Positions 1 through 11,895 of a DNA stretch of 37,119 nt are shown here, piece by piece. The position numbers were made by a program, and so were the translations under genes. Source of the stretch: Welwitschia mirabilis (taxonomy: Eukaryota). The notes beneath the pieces are model-generated. The model was not told where the DNA came from, did not search any database, and was given only the letters and a program-made list of their open reading frames with translations. The stretch is from contig JBOZIK010000001.1 in assembly GCA_051453625.1 (NCBI GenBank), positions 15,965,427 through 16,002,545 of the forward strand, read 5' to 3'. Positions within the stretch are counted from its first letter, which is position 1. Every line of letters begins with the position of its first letter.

Positions 1-1
1 A

Positions 2-1650
2 TCCATACTTCATGCCTTAAAGATTTGGAGGTATTATCTTATGGAAAGTGAATTCCTTTTCAAAACAGATCATAAAATCTTGGAATCTTTTCAGAAACAA
101 CCCCTTTTAAATATGCGATAGAGGAAATGGGGTGAGTTAATTAAAAAATGTAACTTCAAGTTACAATACATGCTTGTAAAATAAAACAAAGTGATAGATG
201 TCTTGACTACAATGTGATGTATATTAGCTACCACTATCACATCTGACTTGTCCACCTTCATTAAAACTTCCTTGATTGATGATTCATACTTCAAGGACAT
301 ATATCAATAAGTTCAAAAAGGAAAAGAAGTAGATACATATATAATCTTATGAGATGGATTCCTTCTGAAAAGAAGATAATTATGCATTCCATAAGATCCA
401 TAGAGAAGGACGCTAAAGTCTAAACTGCATAAAGTTTCATATGCAAGACATTTGGAATTTGTCAAAAAATACCATCAATTATAGAAATACTAATTTTGAC
501 TCAATATGAAAGTAGATTTAAAAGAATACATTTGCAACTATCCTATATGCTAGTAGATGAAAATTAACCAAGGAAGACCCACTAGACATCTTCAGCTATT
601 AGGAATACCATAATGGAAATGGAAAGAGATATTCATCACTAGGTTACCTTTCACTAATAAACATTATGATGTAATTTTTAATTATGTAAATAGCTTAATT
701 AAGATAGCCCATTTTATCCTACTCTGAATTACTAATATAGTAGAAGAGGTAGATCTTCATTTTATATAGAAGGTCTTTAGATTATATGAAGCACCTCAAG
801 TTGTAGTATCTAATTAAGACCTAAAGTTATTATCTAAATTTTAGCAAAGCTTCTTTCACCACTTGGGTATCAAACTCAATTTTAGTATTGCTAGATGACC
901 AAATAGAAAGAATAAATCATATATTGAAAGAAACTCTAAGATGTTATGTGGCAGGAAGGCTCAAACAATAGAAAAACTACCTACATCTAGTAAAATTTGC
1001 TTATAACTAGATATTTCAAACTTCCATCCATTATTCACCATTAGAGACAATATATGATAGAAACTATTCTACCCCTGTCACATGATTAGATCCTTCATAG
1101 AGATTAGAAAATACAACGCCTTCAAAATTAAATATAATGGAGGAAGCAATCAATAAAATAAAATACACCTATAGGTGACACAAGATCAATATAAGAAATA
1201 TTATGATTAAAAGCACTAGACCTGCATATTTTAGATAGTTAAATAAGTTTTATTAAGAATTAAGCCAAAAAGAAACTCCTTGAAAATCAAAAAGTATAGG
1301 ATATTAGTACCACAGTTCAACAATCCATTTAAAATTATTGAAAAGATTGTGAATCTAGTTTACAAACTAGAGCTTTCTCTCCAAATGTCCCAAATACATC
1401 CAGTTTTTCATGTGAGCATAATGAAACCATACTATAAAGATTAAAACTAGGACTAAACCTTGAACTAGCAATATATCATGCTCAAACCCAATTTGACTTT
1501 TATTATTCAATTAGAAAAAGTCATAAGTACTAGACCTAGGCAACTAAGAAATAAAATTATAAAAGAAGAACTTATTTAATGGACTCATTATAATCAACAA
1601 ATAGGGTAAAATAGGGAGTACATATAAAAGACCTTTTCTAGAATTTTTAA
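2..1650 (+). pseudogene. Gypsy pol remnant: RNase H C-terminus, integrase (HHCC, core, GPY/F) and chromodomain
   Basis: From nt 2: SILHALKIWRYYL..F.FKTDHK..LNMR*RKW..NKVIDVLT (gypsy RH); ~590-650 LQLLGIP*WKWKEI..ITRLP; ~1305-1430 LVPQFNNPFKIIEKIVNLVYKLEL..IHPVFHVSIMKPY; ~1510-1600 LEKVISTRPRQLRNKIIKEELI*WTHY (chromodomain-like). Many stops and frameshifts. Confidence 0.92.
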
Positions 1651-1836
1651 TAAAGTTTGATATACCATTTTTAGGTTGTATTATTAATGTATATATTAAT
1701 TAAATGATGTATTCTCTTTTGTGTTATGTATTATAGCTTATACCAAAAATAACTCAAAGTTGCATGACTTTAATAATGATGCAAATAGAAGAGAGAATGT
1801 ACTCAAGAATAAGCAAGATTATTAATAGGAAGGGAA

Positions 1837-2251
1837 TGTAATGTTCTAAAACCATTAATTGAATAATGATGTGTTTTAAATGCTAATGATGCATAATTAA
1901 CAAGAGATGCAAATGGGTGTGAATTAAATATGTAAAGATATATTTCTTCATTATATAGTATAAGCCTATAGTATTAGGTAAAAGTGGATAGATGAGGTGG
2001 ATGTAACTAAAAACAACCTTGGTTAATCCCCAGGGGTCCCTGGAAGGGAACTAAGGTTGTATTCCATGTCTTTACCTATAACAAATAGTTAAGGTTGTTT
2101 ACTAATGGTGTGGAATTTAATCTACTACTATCAATAACAAAAGCTTTATTCTCTCTAAATTGTTTCCTGTTATTCTATGAATCCTATCATATTATTTTAA
2201 ATGTTCTTTTTTATGCAAAGTAATATGAAACTAGTAAAATGAGATATTACA
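1837..2251 (+). repeat. 3' LTR of the chromovirus-type element (415 bp)
   Basis: Preceded by purine tract AGGAAGGGAA (PPT); starts TGTAATGT and ends ATATTACA (near-perfect terminal inverted repeat); LINE sequence begins immediately after. Confidence 0.8.
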
Positions 2252-5200
2252 AAGGGAATTCATCCATGATATATTTTCTCTTATATTTCCTCTTTGGAGG
2301 AGCCTGGAAAGGGGGCAAAAAATGGACCTCTCTCACCCTAATCTTATTGGCTACCCTCCAAAGCATCATAATTAATTCTAAGTATCTAGTGATATCTTTT
2401 CATCAAATAACCTAGATAAAGAATAAGGGAAAATTAACTTGGTGCCATAGATCCAAGGCTTTAAGAAAAGTAAAGTGTAATCCTAAGAGTTTTGAGAAGT
2501 AGCTAGATTAAATGAAGTACAAGTCAATTAATTCTTTACCCAAGTCCCATGGGGGTGGAAGTGCTTTTTGGCTAATGTGTCTACTAGTCAGCTTAGAAAC
2601 ACTACTAGAAAAGAAATGGAGTACCTCCCACTGCCCTATGCTTTCAAGGGGAATTCCTTCACTAGCTATTGGAATTTTTAGAAGTCTGAAAAGATAGGCT
2701 TTAGTTATTTCAATATATATTCTTTTAAAGATGGTATGCTGCTCTCTCCAACATCTATAAAATGGGGTAATATCAGCCCTTGATTATTCCTTAAGTTTGT
2801 GTAAAAGAAGTCCCTATCCCATAACCTGCACCTTGTCCTCTAGCTCTAGGCATTCTTTGAATAGAATAGGTTTAGATGAATCAATGGAAGGGGTTGCTTC
2901 CATTGCAATTCTAATTTTAGAATGATATCACTTAGTTTTCCTAGTGGTATTTATTAGAAATGATAAGATGGTATTATTGAAAATCAAATCATTTTTGGTA
3001 AACCAAACCTACCAATAAGTCAAGCAAATCCCATCATTCAAAGAGGTGCTAGATGTATTGCAAATCCTATAGTATTTATTTATTATTATCATTAACTTCT
3101 TACTCCAAGTACATTGATGAAAAAGGTGGTTCACATTTTTAGGATAATACTGATAAAATGGATAGGAAATTTGAACTTGAAAATCCTTCTTGCATAATTG
3201 ATCTCTAGTGAGAATTTTATGATGACCCTTTAACCAAAAGATAGCTTGATCTTTTCTGGAATTTGGTTTTTTTATAATTTCTTGTAAAAATAATCTTTCC
3301 CATATTTTTTTTTGAAGAATCTATTTGTTTATATCTTCATGAAAAATGTNNNNNNNNNNNNNNNNNNNNNNNNNNNNNNNNNNNNNNNNNNNNNNNNNNN
3401 NNNNNNNNNNNNNNNNNNNNNNNNNNNNNNNNNNNNNNNNNNNNNNNNNNNNNNNNNNNNNNNNNNNNNNNNNNNNNNNTTTCAAGATCTAGTGAGATTA
3501 TATAAGAAAATAGTCCTTTGACCTCTAGATACCCCAGCCTTTAGACTCCTTAGTTTAAATTATTATCTCTCATTTACAAAGATAAGTATGATTTTGATCT
3601 TTACCTCTAGGATTTTTAAATGATGTCCTTTAATAAGATGGTATTAGAAGCTATATATCTAAATAAAGAGATTAGGCACAATTTATTCTACTAAGAGTTG
3701 CATTTTTTCTAAATAGATTTAAGGATGTAGTTCTAAGTAGGGTCTTATGCCAATTTCAAAGACGAATTCCCAAGTAGATGTCTTAAAGGTCTCTCAATCT
3801 AGTGTTTAGGATTTTGGTACCCCATTTAATATTATTTCTATCCATTCTAGACTTGTTTTAGTTAGTATGGAGATTTTTAGCTTTTGTAAAAAGGTTTATG
3901 GAATTCTTAATAGCTCTTGCTTATAGAAAAAAGGCCTTGCTCATGATTATAATGTCATCTACATAGTGGTTATTAATGAAAGCTTAACCTCCTATCCTGA
4001 TACTTGAAACTTCATTACTTTTTAAAAATACCTATAATACATTCATAAGAAATAGGAAAAAAAATGGGAATATGGGATCCCCTATCCTGATCCTCAACCA
4101 ACTGAGAAAAATTTGGATTTTTGGTTGTTAACCTCCATAATAAATTCTGCTAAAGCTTACATGCCTAGCTATAAATTAATGATGTCTTAGTAGAAACAAA
4201 TAGTCTTAAGAATATAGTCTAGATCTTGTTAACTAATAGATTCATAAGCTTTTACAATATCCAATTTAGCAATAAGAAAATAAAATTTATGTTTTTAAAT
4301 AGAATGAATGATTTTATGAGTCAAGAGGATTTGGTTCTAGATGTACCTAGATCAGATGAAGATAGCTTAATTCTTAAAGATTACCTTAGACTACAGGGGG
4401 AAATATGACTAACCATTATTTTTGCAAAGATTTTGTGAAAAACATTGCAAATACCTAAGGATCTAAAGTCCTCCAGTCAGTTGGCATCTCATTTTTTAGG
4501 GATAAGAATAGCCTTGGTTCTATTCATTTCCTTAGGAATGGATTTGCTATGAAAATATCCTATATGACATCTTAAAGATTATTCTTCAAAATGGAAAAAT
4601 AAGTTTTAAAGAGTTCAACTGATCACCCATCAGGTCCAGGTGCTCTATTATTCTTCATAGACCTCATAGTTAAAAGAACTTCATTTCTACTTAGGGGTTT
4701 AATAAGTTGGGGATTGTCCCCTTTAGAAATTCTCTTATTTTCCAGAATAAGAATAATGGTGATATCATTCCATTCTAAAATTCTCATAAGATGAGTTTGC
4801 ATTTCATTAGCTATTTTTTTGTTCATTTTTAGTTATGTGTTTTTTGATAATAAGCCTTCTGATCTTATTATCTACTCTATGCTGATTAGTTTACTGTAAG
4901 AAAAACCTAGTATGCTTATTCTTCTCTTTAATCCATTTTAACCTTGATCATTCTCTCTAATAGTCTTCCTTATTAGTAGTTATTGTTTAAGTTTCATTAG
5001 GTATAATATTCTCTATTATGAAGCTATCATAGTCTCCTTCCTCTTTTTTCTCAGCCTAAATTCTCTAAATTTCTTATTTAAGGTCCATTTTGAATTCAAA
5101 TATTTCTTTGTCTTTCCTTCTCCAATCCTTTATATGGGCTTTTAAGGTATTGAGGCCTTTGTAAAGAAATATTAGAGGATGAGTACCATCATAATAGACT

Positions 5201-5952
5201 TAGATTATTTTCCATTAGAGTTCTATTTTTTTTCCTAGTGATCTAATCCCATTCACTATAAAATAGAGTCCTTCGAGGTACTATTGCCCCCACTTTGAAT
5301 CTGATAGGATGGTGATCTAAAGCTATTTCATTTAACCCATAGGCTTTGACAAAAAGCTTGACTAGATGATTTTCAATAATAATTTTGTCAATCCTAGACA
5401 TTATCATATTTTTGTTTGTTCTTCTATTAGATTAGGTGTATTTGCACCAAATAAGAGAAACATTTATAAGTGCATTTCATGCCACGACATCTTTTAGAAC
5501 TAAAGGTCCTCTATAATTTTAGTTATTTTCCTCTAATTTCTCCCAATGATGAAGACATTGATTGAAGTTCTCCATAATGAGCCACTTAGATTTATCTATC
5601 ATAGTCTGTTGTAATTCCCCTAAATTAGAAGCTTTAACTTGATTACATTAAGGACTACATATATTTGTTATAGTCTAGTCTTCTTCCTCAAGAAAGATAA
5701 TAAGATGGTTCTTATTGCTATTAAGTAAATATACCTTCCTTTTTGTGAAAATCATGAGACCTCTTGGGTTTCCTTAGGTTGCTAAGGTAAAGAAAATCCA
5801 CTGCTTTCCTAGATTCTCTATTTTTATTTAATTTTTCAATTTTATTTTCTGTAAATAAACTAAATCAATATTAAATTAACTAATGAGGTTTTTTAAGGTC
5901 CTTTCTTATAGAATGACTTTAATCCCATATAATTCTATGAAAGAAAATTCAT
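2252..5952 (-). pseudogene. LINE ORF2 remnant: APE endonuclease, reverse transcriptase, zf-RVT-like region
   Basis: ATG at 5952 MNFLS*NYMGL (SWNxRGL); WLIMENFN (GDFN) ~5570; MSRIDKII ~5395; DHHPI ~5310; NRAPGPDG ~4630; GIR*GDPIFP ~4085; HYVDDII ~3960; NVNHLFHQC ~3120; FQAPP ~2305. Confidence 0.92.
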
Positions 5953-7650
5953 TAGATCTATCTTCACCCCTTTCTTGATGCTTGACCTTTTTTTAATATA
6001 TCTTCAATGGTAGCTTGGGAGATATTGACCATGTTCTCTGTAGTTTTCCTTTTTCAGAAGATTCTATTATTGCATCTTCCTCTTATATAAACTTTCACAT
6101 CATTCAGCTCATCTATATTTGGTGGATTTTGAGATTTCTAAATCTTCTCTTCTTTCATAAGAGGTTGGAAGAGGTTGTACTACCACTCCTATACCTTCTT
6201 CTTCTTTCTTTCCTTGGTTTTCTTAGGGAAAATTATAATACTTTTCACTGAGTTTTCCTTTTTTATTTCTACTAACATATGTTCTGATTATGTCTGAATT
6301 CTTTATAAAAAGAGTAGGTTTCCTTCTGTTTGTCTTTAATGTCAACTAAATATTTTCAACATTCTTCTTTTAAGTGGTTCATTCTTCCAAAATGAAAGCA
6401 TCTTTTTTTGTATAAATGCATCTCCTTAAGATGTATTCTAATTTCTTATAGATATTACATGAAATAAAAAGGTTCTTATTGGTNNNNNNNNNNNNNNNNN
6501 NNNNNNNNNNNNNNNNNNNNNNNNNNNNNNNNNNNNNNNNNNNNNNNNNNNNNNNNNNNNNNNNNNNNNNNNNNNNNNNNNNNNNNNNNNNNNNNNNNNN
6601 NNNNNNNNNNNNNNNNNNNNNNNNNNNNNNNNNNNNNNNNNNNNNNNNNNNNNNNNNNNNNNNNNNNNNNNNNNNNNNNNNNNNNNNNNNNNNNNNNNNN
6701 NNNNNNNNNNNNNNNNNNNNNNNNNNNNNNNNNNNNNNNNNNNNNNNNNNNNNNNNNNNNNNNNNNNNNNNNNNNNNNNNNNNNNNNNNNNNNNNNNNNN
6801 NNNNNNNNNNNNNNNNNNNNNNNNNNNNNNNNNNNNNNNNNNNNNNNNNNNNNNNNNNNNNNNNNNNNNNNNNNNNNNNNNNNNNNNNNNNNNNNNNNNN
6901 NNNNNNNNNNNNNNNNNNNNNNNNNNNNNNNNNNNNNNNNNNNNNNNNNNNNNNNNNNNNNNNNNNNNNNNNNNNNNNNNNNNNNNNNNNNNNNNNNNNN
7001 NNNNNNNNNNNNNNNNNNNNNNNNNNNNNNNNNNNNNNNNNNNNNNNNNNNNNNNNNNNNNNNNNNNNNNNNNNNNNNNNNNNNNNNNNNNNNNNNNNNN
7101 NNNNNNNNNNNNNNNNNNNNNNNNNNNNNNNNNNNNNNNNNNNNNNNNNNNNNNNNNNNNNNNNNNNNNNAGTCACGACTAGTCTCATCTACTTAATGGT
7201 AATTCTATTAAGCTTGATTAGTTCACTAAACTAGGATGCAATTTTTCTCATGACATCTCCATCTTAAAACTATAATGAGAACTTGTGAATGCAAATCCAT
7301 ATTAGAAATTTTCTAAATAAGTTCAGATCCAATTATGCCCCAAGTGTCTATTTGGTTAAAGTAAGTTCCCTTACCCCAAAGAACTCAAGATCTCTCGTGA
7401 TGATCTTATCCCGATCTCATTTATTATCTAGCTAAAAAAGTACTAAACCTTCCTGCATAGTAATAACTTCAACTTTAATAATCCCCCTTAATTTAATTAC
7501 TACCCATTCTTTGATAAGATTAAGCTTGGATCTTAGATCAGATGAAACTAACTTACTGATTAAATTATATTAAAGTTTCTTCTTAATATCAGAGCAAGCA
7601 CCTTTGTTAATATGTAAGACTAGGATTTTTTCTTTCTTAGATAACTAAGT
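5953..7650 (-). pseudogene. LINE ORF1 remnant (DUF4283-like N-terminal region), middle lost in an assembly gap
   Basis: ~7530-7350 KLNLIKEWVVIKLRGIIKVEVITMQEGLVLF..DRDKIITRDLEFFG; ~7300-7171 LIWICIHKFSL*F*DGDVMRKIAS*FSELIKLNRIT..MRL, matching the PIWIRI..LPL.FW...IAS..G..IK.D..T pattern of plant L1 ORF1. Start not defined. Confidence 0.75.
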
Positions 7651-9769
7651 ATGATTAATTTTGGGAAACAAACCCCTCTTTAAAGTCTAAAATAAGTCAA
7701 TGTAAAAATATCGATGAGATTCCACAACTTACCCAAAGAGAGTCTATCTAGTAGCCAAAATCATTCCTTGTGCATTGTAGTATTTGAGAATCAAAACTGT
7801 TCCTATTAATCTAAAGTATTCTAAGCCCTAGCTCCATCCTATGCTTCATATTTATCAAACCCTAGTAGATCTCTCTGACCTTCACTTTCTCCATTTGGTT
7901 AATCTTTTTTTTTGTTATACTTCACTATTATTTATAATTTTTTTTCCTTTTAAAGCAAGATCATTAAATTATAAATAGCCATTTATTTATGAGTTATAAG
8001 GAGTTATAAATTTATTTTAGAAATGTATTTTAGAATATATTCTAATAATTTTAAAGGTTCTAAGAATTTACAAGCTCATTCTTTTGAATTTTCTCTCCCC
8101 CTTTTCTCTTTCTTCTTTATTTTATCTCTTCCCATTATTCAAAATAGCTTGAAATTGATTAAGTGTTACTTTGCTTTAATAAACATTCATATGCTAGTTT
8201 TTATTAATTCCTATTAATTTATAACTTAATTTATATATTTAATGCTTTTATAACTTCTTACATGATAAGTAAAGAGTTATCGTTCAAGTCAAGTATACCA
8301 AAATTGAGTGAAATATTGTTAAAGTCAAAGGGTTTACTATGTTGATTTAAAGAATTTAGCTTTTCAAGAATGGAATGTAATGTTTTAATTACTTAATTAT
8401 ATTCATGTATTATGATTTTAACTAATAAAAGTTTTAAGTAGAATAATTTTTTTTTATGAAATTAACTTTAGTAGCTTTGATTGTTTAAATTATGTTACTT
8501 GTTCGTTTGGGTTATTAATCAAATGTTTATAAAAGATTATTTCTTTATATTTAATTGTATTTTTTCACATCTCATAAAATATGCTTTTCATATGTAGTTC
8601 TTTATGATAATTATAAATAATGCATTGTAATTTGTTATATCTCACTTAAGAGAAACTTTTGTTTTTAAGTAAAGTGATAGTTCTATTAAAATAAAATTAA
8701 TATTTTCATATGAATTTATATTAGTTGTTTGGTTGATTAAACACTCTTGTGCTTCCACCATGTATGTGAATTAATCTATAACATTTCTTTATGCTTTAAT
8801 TTAAACTTTTAATACTTGATTTTCTTTCCTTAAGTAGAATTATTATGTTAACTACACATTTATTTGTATGAAGGCTTAGAACATGATTTCATCATTTTAA
8901 AAATTGATTTCTTCCTTCATTCAACATGTCATAGAATCAAATTAAATATGCAATAAAATAAAACCTAGAAATAATCCTTTGTTATGGAAAATATAAAGTA
9001 TAAAAAGAATTAAAAAATCGTTTTCAACAAACTCTGCAACATTCAAACCTATTTTAAATGAATATGGGTTGTATTTATACTAAAATTTTATTAGAATTTT
9101 TGGGGATATTATAATGAATTTTTAAGAAAAAGTTTATATCAAGTGGTAGAATTTTGAATGATGAGTAATTTGATGTCACTTTTATCATTTGGCTTATTAT
9201 CATTTTCTCATTCTTACTTGTTACATCTTCCATCACTTATTAATAGAACATGCTAAATTGTTAATCATTATTATAGTTTTATGATAGTAACTATAGTTCT
9301 TATTATATGATAATATCCTTGTTAATTGACTATCTTAACTAGATATTTTTCTATTATTACATTATAATCATGATGTTAAGTAAAATCTATGTAGTAATCT
9401 TATTTCATAGTAATTAGATCTATTATTACAAGTTTAACATTAGATGAATTATATTAATAATGTTTTCTTTATTAGCATTGGGGTCCCTTTAGAAAAATTT
9501 TGTTATAACAAATTATGGTAATATTAACATATGAATATCAAAAAGCAATAAATCTACATAGGCTTAAATAAATTTCTTAAATGTTATCATAGACCCATCA
9601 TGTTGCTATGATCCTAATGATAATTAAAAAAGGAAGAAATTTTAACATGAAAATATTATTTAGATGCTTAATCCATGTAGAAACCGATTCCCAGGTTTTT
9701 AAGTAAAATGACGTTCAAAATATATTAAGTTTACATTGAAACATATGATAAATAGATAAGTTTATTAAT

Positions 9770-10627
9770 AAATCAACTCTAATCTAACTAGCATCACAAA
9801 ATGTAAAACAATTTATGATAGACTCTTTAGAAAAATAAATTCTCTAATTTAACATAGAATTGATAAGATTTTATATGTACTTAATACCCATTAATGAAAC
9901 ACATTTAATTGAGATTAATACTTGAAACATAGTCTAATAGCAATGGTAATGTCTAGCATACTTGTAGTGAGATAAAGTAAGCTTTTTATTATGATTTGTA
10001 ATAGCTTCATGTTCATCTTAATTGTCTTCTCAATAGTACTTATTTTGTTATTTGTATTTGTAGATGTTGAAATGAATTTACTATGCTTTATTCCAGATTT
10101 CTTCATTATCTTATCTATAAAATTTTGTTGTGATAAGAATACTTCATCTTTTCAACTCTTAATCTGCAAGCAAGAAATATTTTTAGCTCATTTAGATGCT
10201 CCATTGCAAAGTGGTTAGTTATTACATTTGAAAAATTATACGATAGTGTAACTAATGTAGAACCAAATATAATATTATTAATGTAAATTTAGAATAAAAG
10301 AAAATATGATTTAGTTATTTTAATAAAAAATTATCAACTCTACTTATAGTAAATTCATTCTTAGAATAAATAAGATATGTTTTTTCTACCATGCCCATGT
10401 ATCTTACTATTCATACATTGTCTTTTTTAGCTAGTAAACATAATTAAAAAATCATATTTATTTAAAACCAAGGGGTTTTTTAACATACATTAAATTAATT
10501 AATGTACCATTTGGGAAATAACTTTGGAAATACATTTGACTGATTTTAAAATTAAAAAAATAAGATAATGTAAGAAAAATTTATATAAACTTTAATCTAG
10601 TCATAGGAGATAAGGTTTCTTCAAAAT
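9770..10627 (-). pseudogene. Ty1/copia (SIRE-like) reverse transcriptase, C-terminal half, heavily decayed
   Basis: EETLSPMTRLKFI..FKISQMYFQSYFPNG (EETFAPVARL..QMDVKSAFLNG); IYINNIIFGST (QIYVDDIIFGST) ~10270; MEHLNELKIFL..QIK..VFLSQ; IIKSLLYLTTSMLDITIAIRLCFKY (IGSLLYLTASRPDI..VGLCARY; ORF 9915-10106); FCDAS* ~9790 (RNase H start). Confidence 0.9.
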
Positions 10628-11874
10628 TATTGTAATTCAAAATTGTCTATTTTTGATAGGGTATTTCAAATAGTTTTATAGGACATTTAGACAGGTTTAG
10701 ATGGAAATCAATGGCTATTTAGAATCAAGGAGAAAATCGTGGAAATGCATAATTACTAGTACATTTTGAGGTATACTGGATTATTTCTAATACTTCATAT
10801 TCTAAGGATTATTTAATGATCTACAATGTTAATGAAACTTAATTAAAGAGTTTGAGAAGAGTATTATTCCATCCATCATTTTGATGACATTACTAGATGA
10901 TACCATGTGTATGCCAATAAGGATGCTGACTGGACCCTACTATGGGACCTCTCTTGATGTGGCATCATCCTCTTTAATGTTTAGATGATACTAAGAATGA
11001 TATCTAACTTTAGGTAATGCACCAAACCTTATCTATAATGTGGCATGCATCTTTTATGCCCCATTGGGATTTCTATTGCATCTACTATATTTACTATTTT
11101 TAAGGTGTTTTATTTTAATAAATATCTTCTTTTATCTTGCTCTAAGTTTTATCTTCTTTGGCACCTAAAAATCTCATGATAGAAGATCAAAGGATAGGAG
11201 GTTTATCCATTATTACATAGAGGAGTCTTCCTTGGTATTAGGCTATTTCTTATTCATTGAAGTGCTATTACTTTGTAATAAGGATGTTGGTTCGAAAACA
11301 ATAAGACATTTTTTTTAGTTTTATTCATATGCATTTTATTTATGATTTATGTAGACTATAATTCAATGATAGCTTTATAGTTAATATAGATCATCAAGGA
11401 CAACTTTTATTATGGTTGAAATAGTTAGTTTAGGTTTTTGCATTGCATTTTATATATCATAGATTAATCATAACATGTTTTCCATATTCTATTCAATGTG
11501 CTTGAAAACTTAGGTTGGTTAGGTTTACTGATAGTTTTCTAAATTGATCTAGGTTAGACAAGGTTAATCTTTATTATAGGAGGATTTGGTAGTTATATAG
11601 GTACTACATTTATAATTGTTTTTAATTACATTGCATTAGTTTGTCTACTTTGCATTATTTTCTTATATTATTCTTTCTTTTTATTTTGAACCTAAAGAGG
11701 AAAATAAAAAAATACCTCAATAAAATTAATTCTCTAACTTAGAGCCTACTTCCTTTGTTGGATTATGACACTTGGGTTTATTTTCATCTATACTAATGTG
11801 TGTGTTATGACAAAGTTTGTAATTAATAGGATTTACTTGAAAATGGAATGATTGCATTATTATGCACCACAACA
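10628..11874 (+). repeat. 5' LTR of the Athila-like element
   Basis: Starts TATTGT (decayed TGTTGC), ends CACAACA; alignable along its length with 26578-27841 (e.g. TCAAGGAGAAAATC.TGGAAATG, TCTCTTGATGTGGCATCATCCTCTT, TTGTAATAAGGATGTTGGTTC). Confidence 0.9.
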
Positions 11875-11895
11875 TTTTAGTGCCATTATTGAGAA
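11875..11895 (+). promoter_or_regulatory. Decayed primer-binding site of Athila type
   Basis: TTTTAGTGCCATTATTGAG directly after the LTR differs from the Athila-type TTTTGGCGCCGTTGCCGGG only by G>A and C>T transitions. Confidence 0.75.

Larger units (their letters stand above)
1..2251 (+). mobile_element. 3' part of a Ty3/gypsy chromovirus-type LTR retrotransposon (RNase H end, integrase, chromodomain, PPT, 3' LTR), degenerate
   Basis: Domain order RH-INT-chromodomain in manual translation, then purine tract and a TG...CA bounded LTR; 5' part lies outside the window. Confidence 0.92.
2252..7900 (-). mobile_element. L1-clade plant LINE, near full length, degenerate; 3' end cut by the gypsy LTR; 5' boundary approximate
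   Basis: ORF1-like then ORF2-like (endonuclease, RT, zinc finger) motifs in correct order on the minus strand; interrupted by N gaps at 3350-3479 and 6484-7170. Confidence 0.92.

Noticed and set aside
6379..7234. Long ORFs of 269 and 251 aa, and other X-rich ORFs (3312-3521, 15940-16206, 34513-34841)
   Set aside because: Artefacts of translating N gaps.
7913..9113. Possible solo LTR (TGTTATAC...GGGGATATTATA)
   Set aside because: Termini imperfect, flanks do not match (TTTTT vs ATGAA), no PBS/PPT or second copy; 7900-9770 remains unexplained AT-rich DNA.
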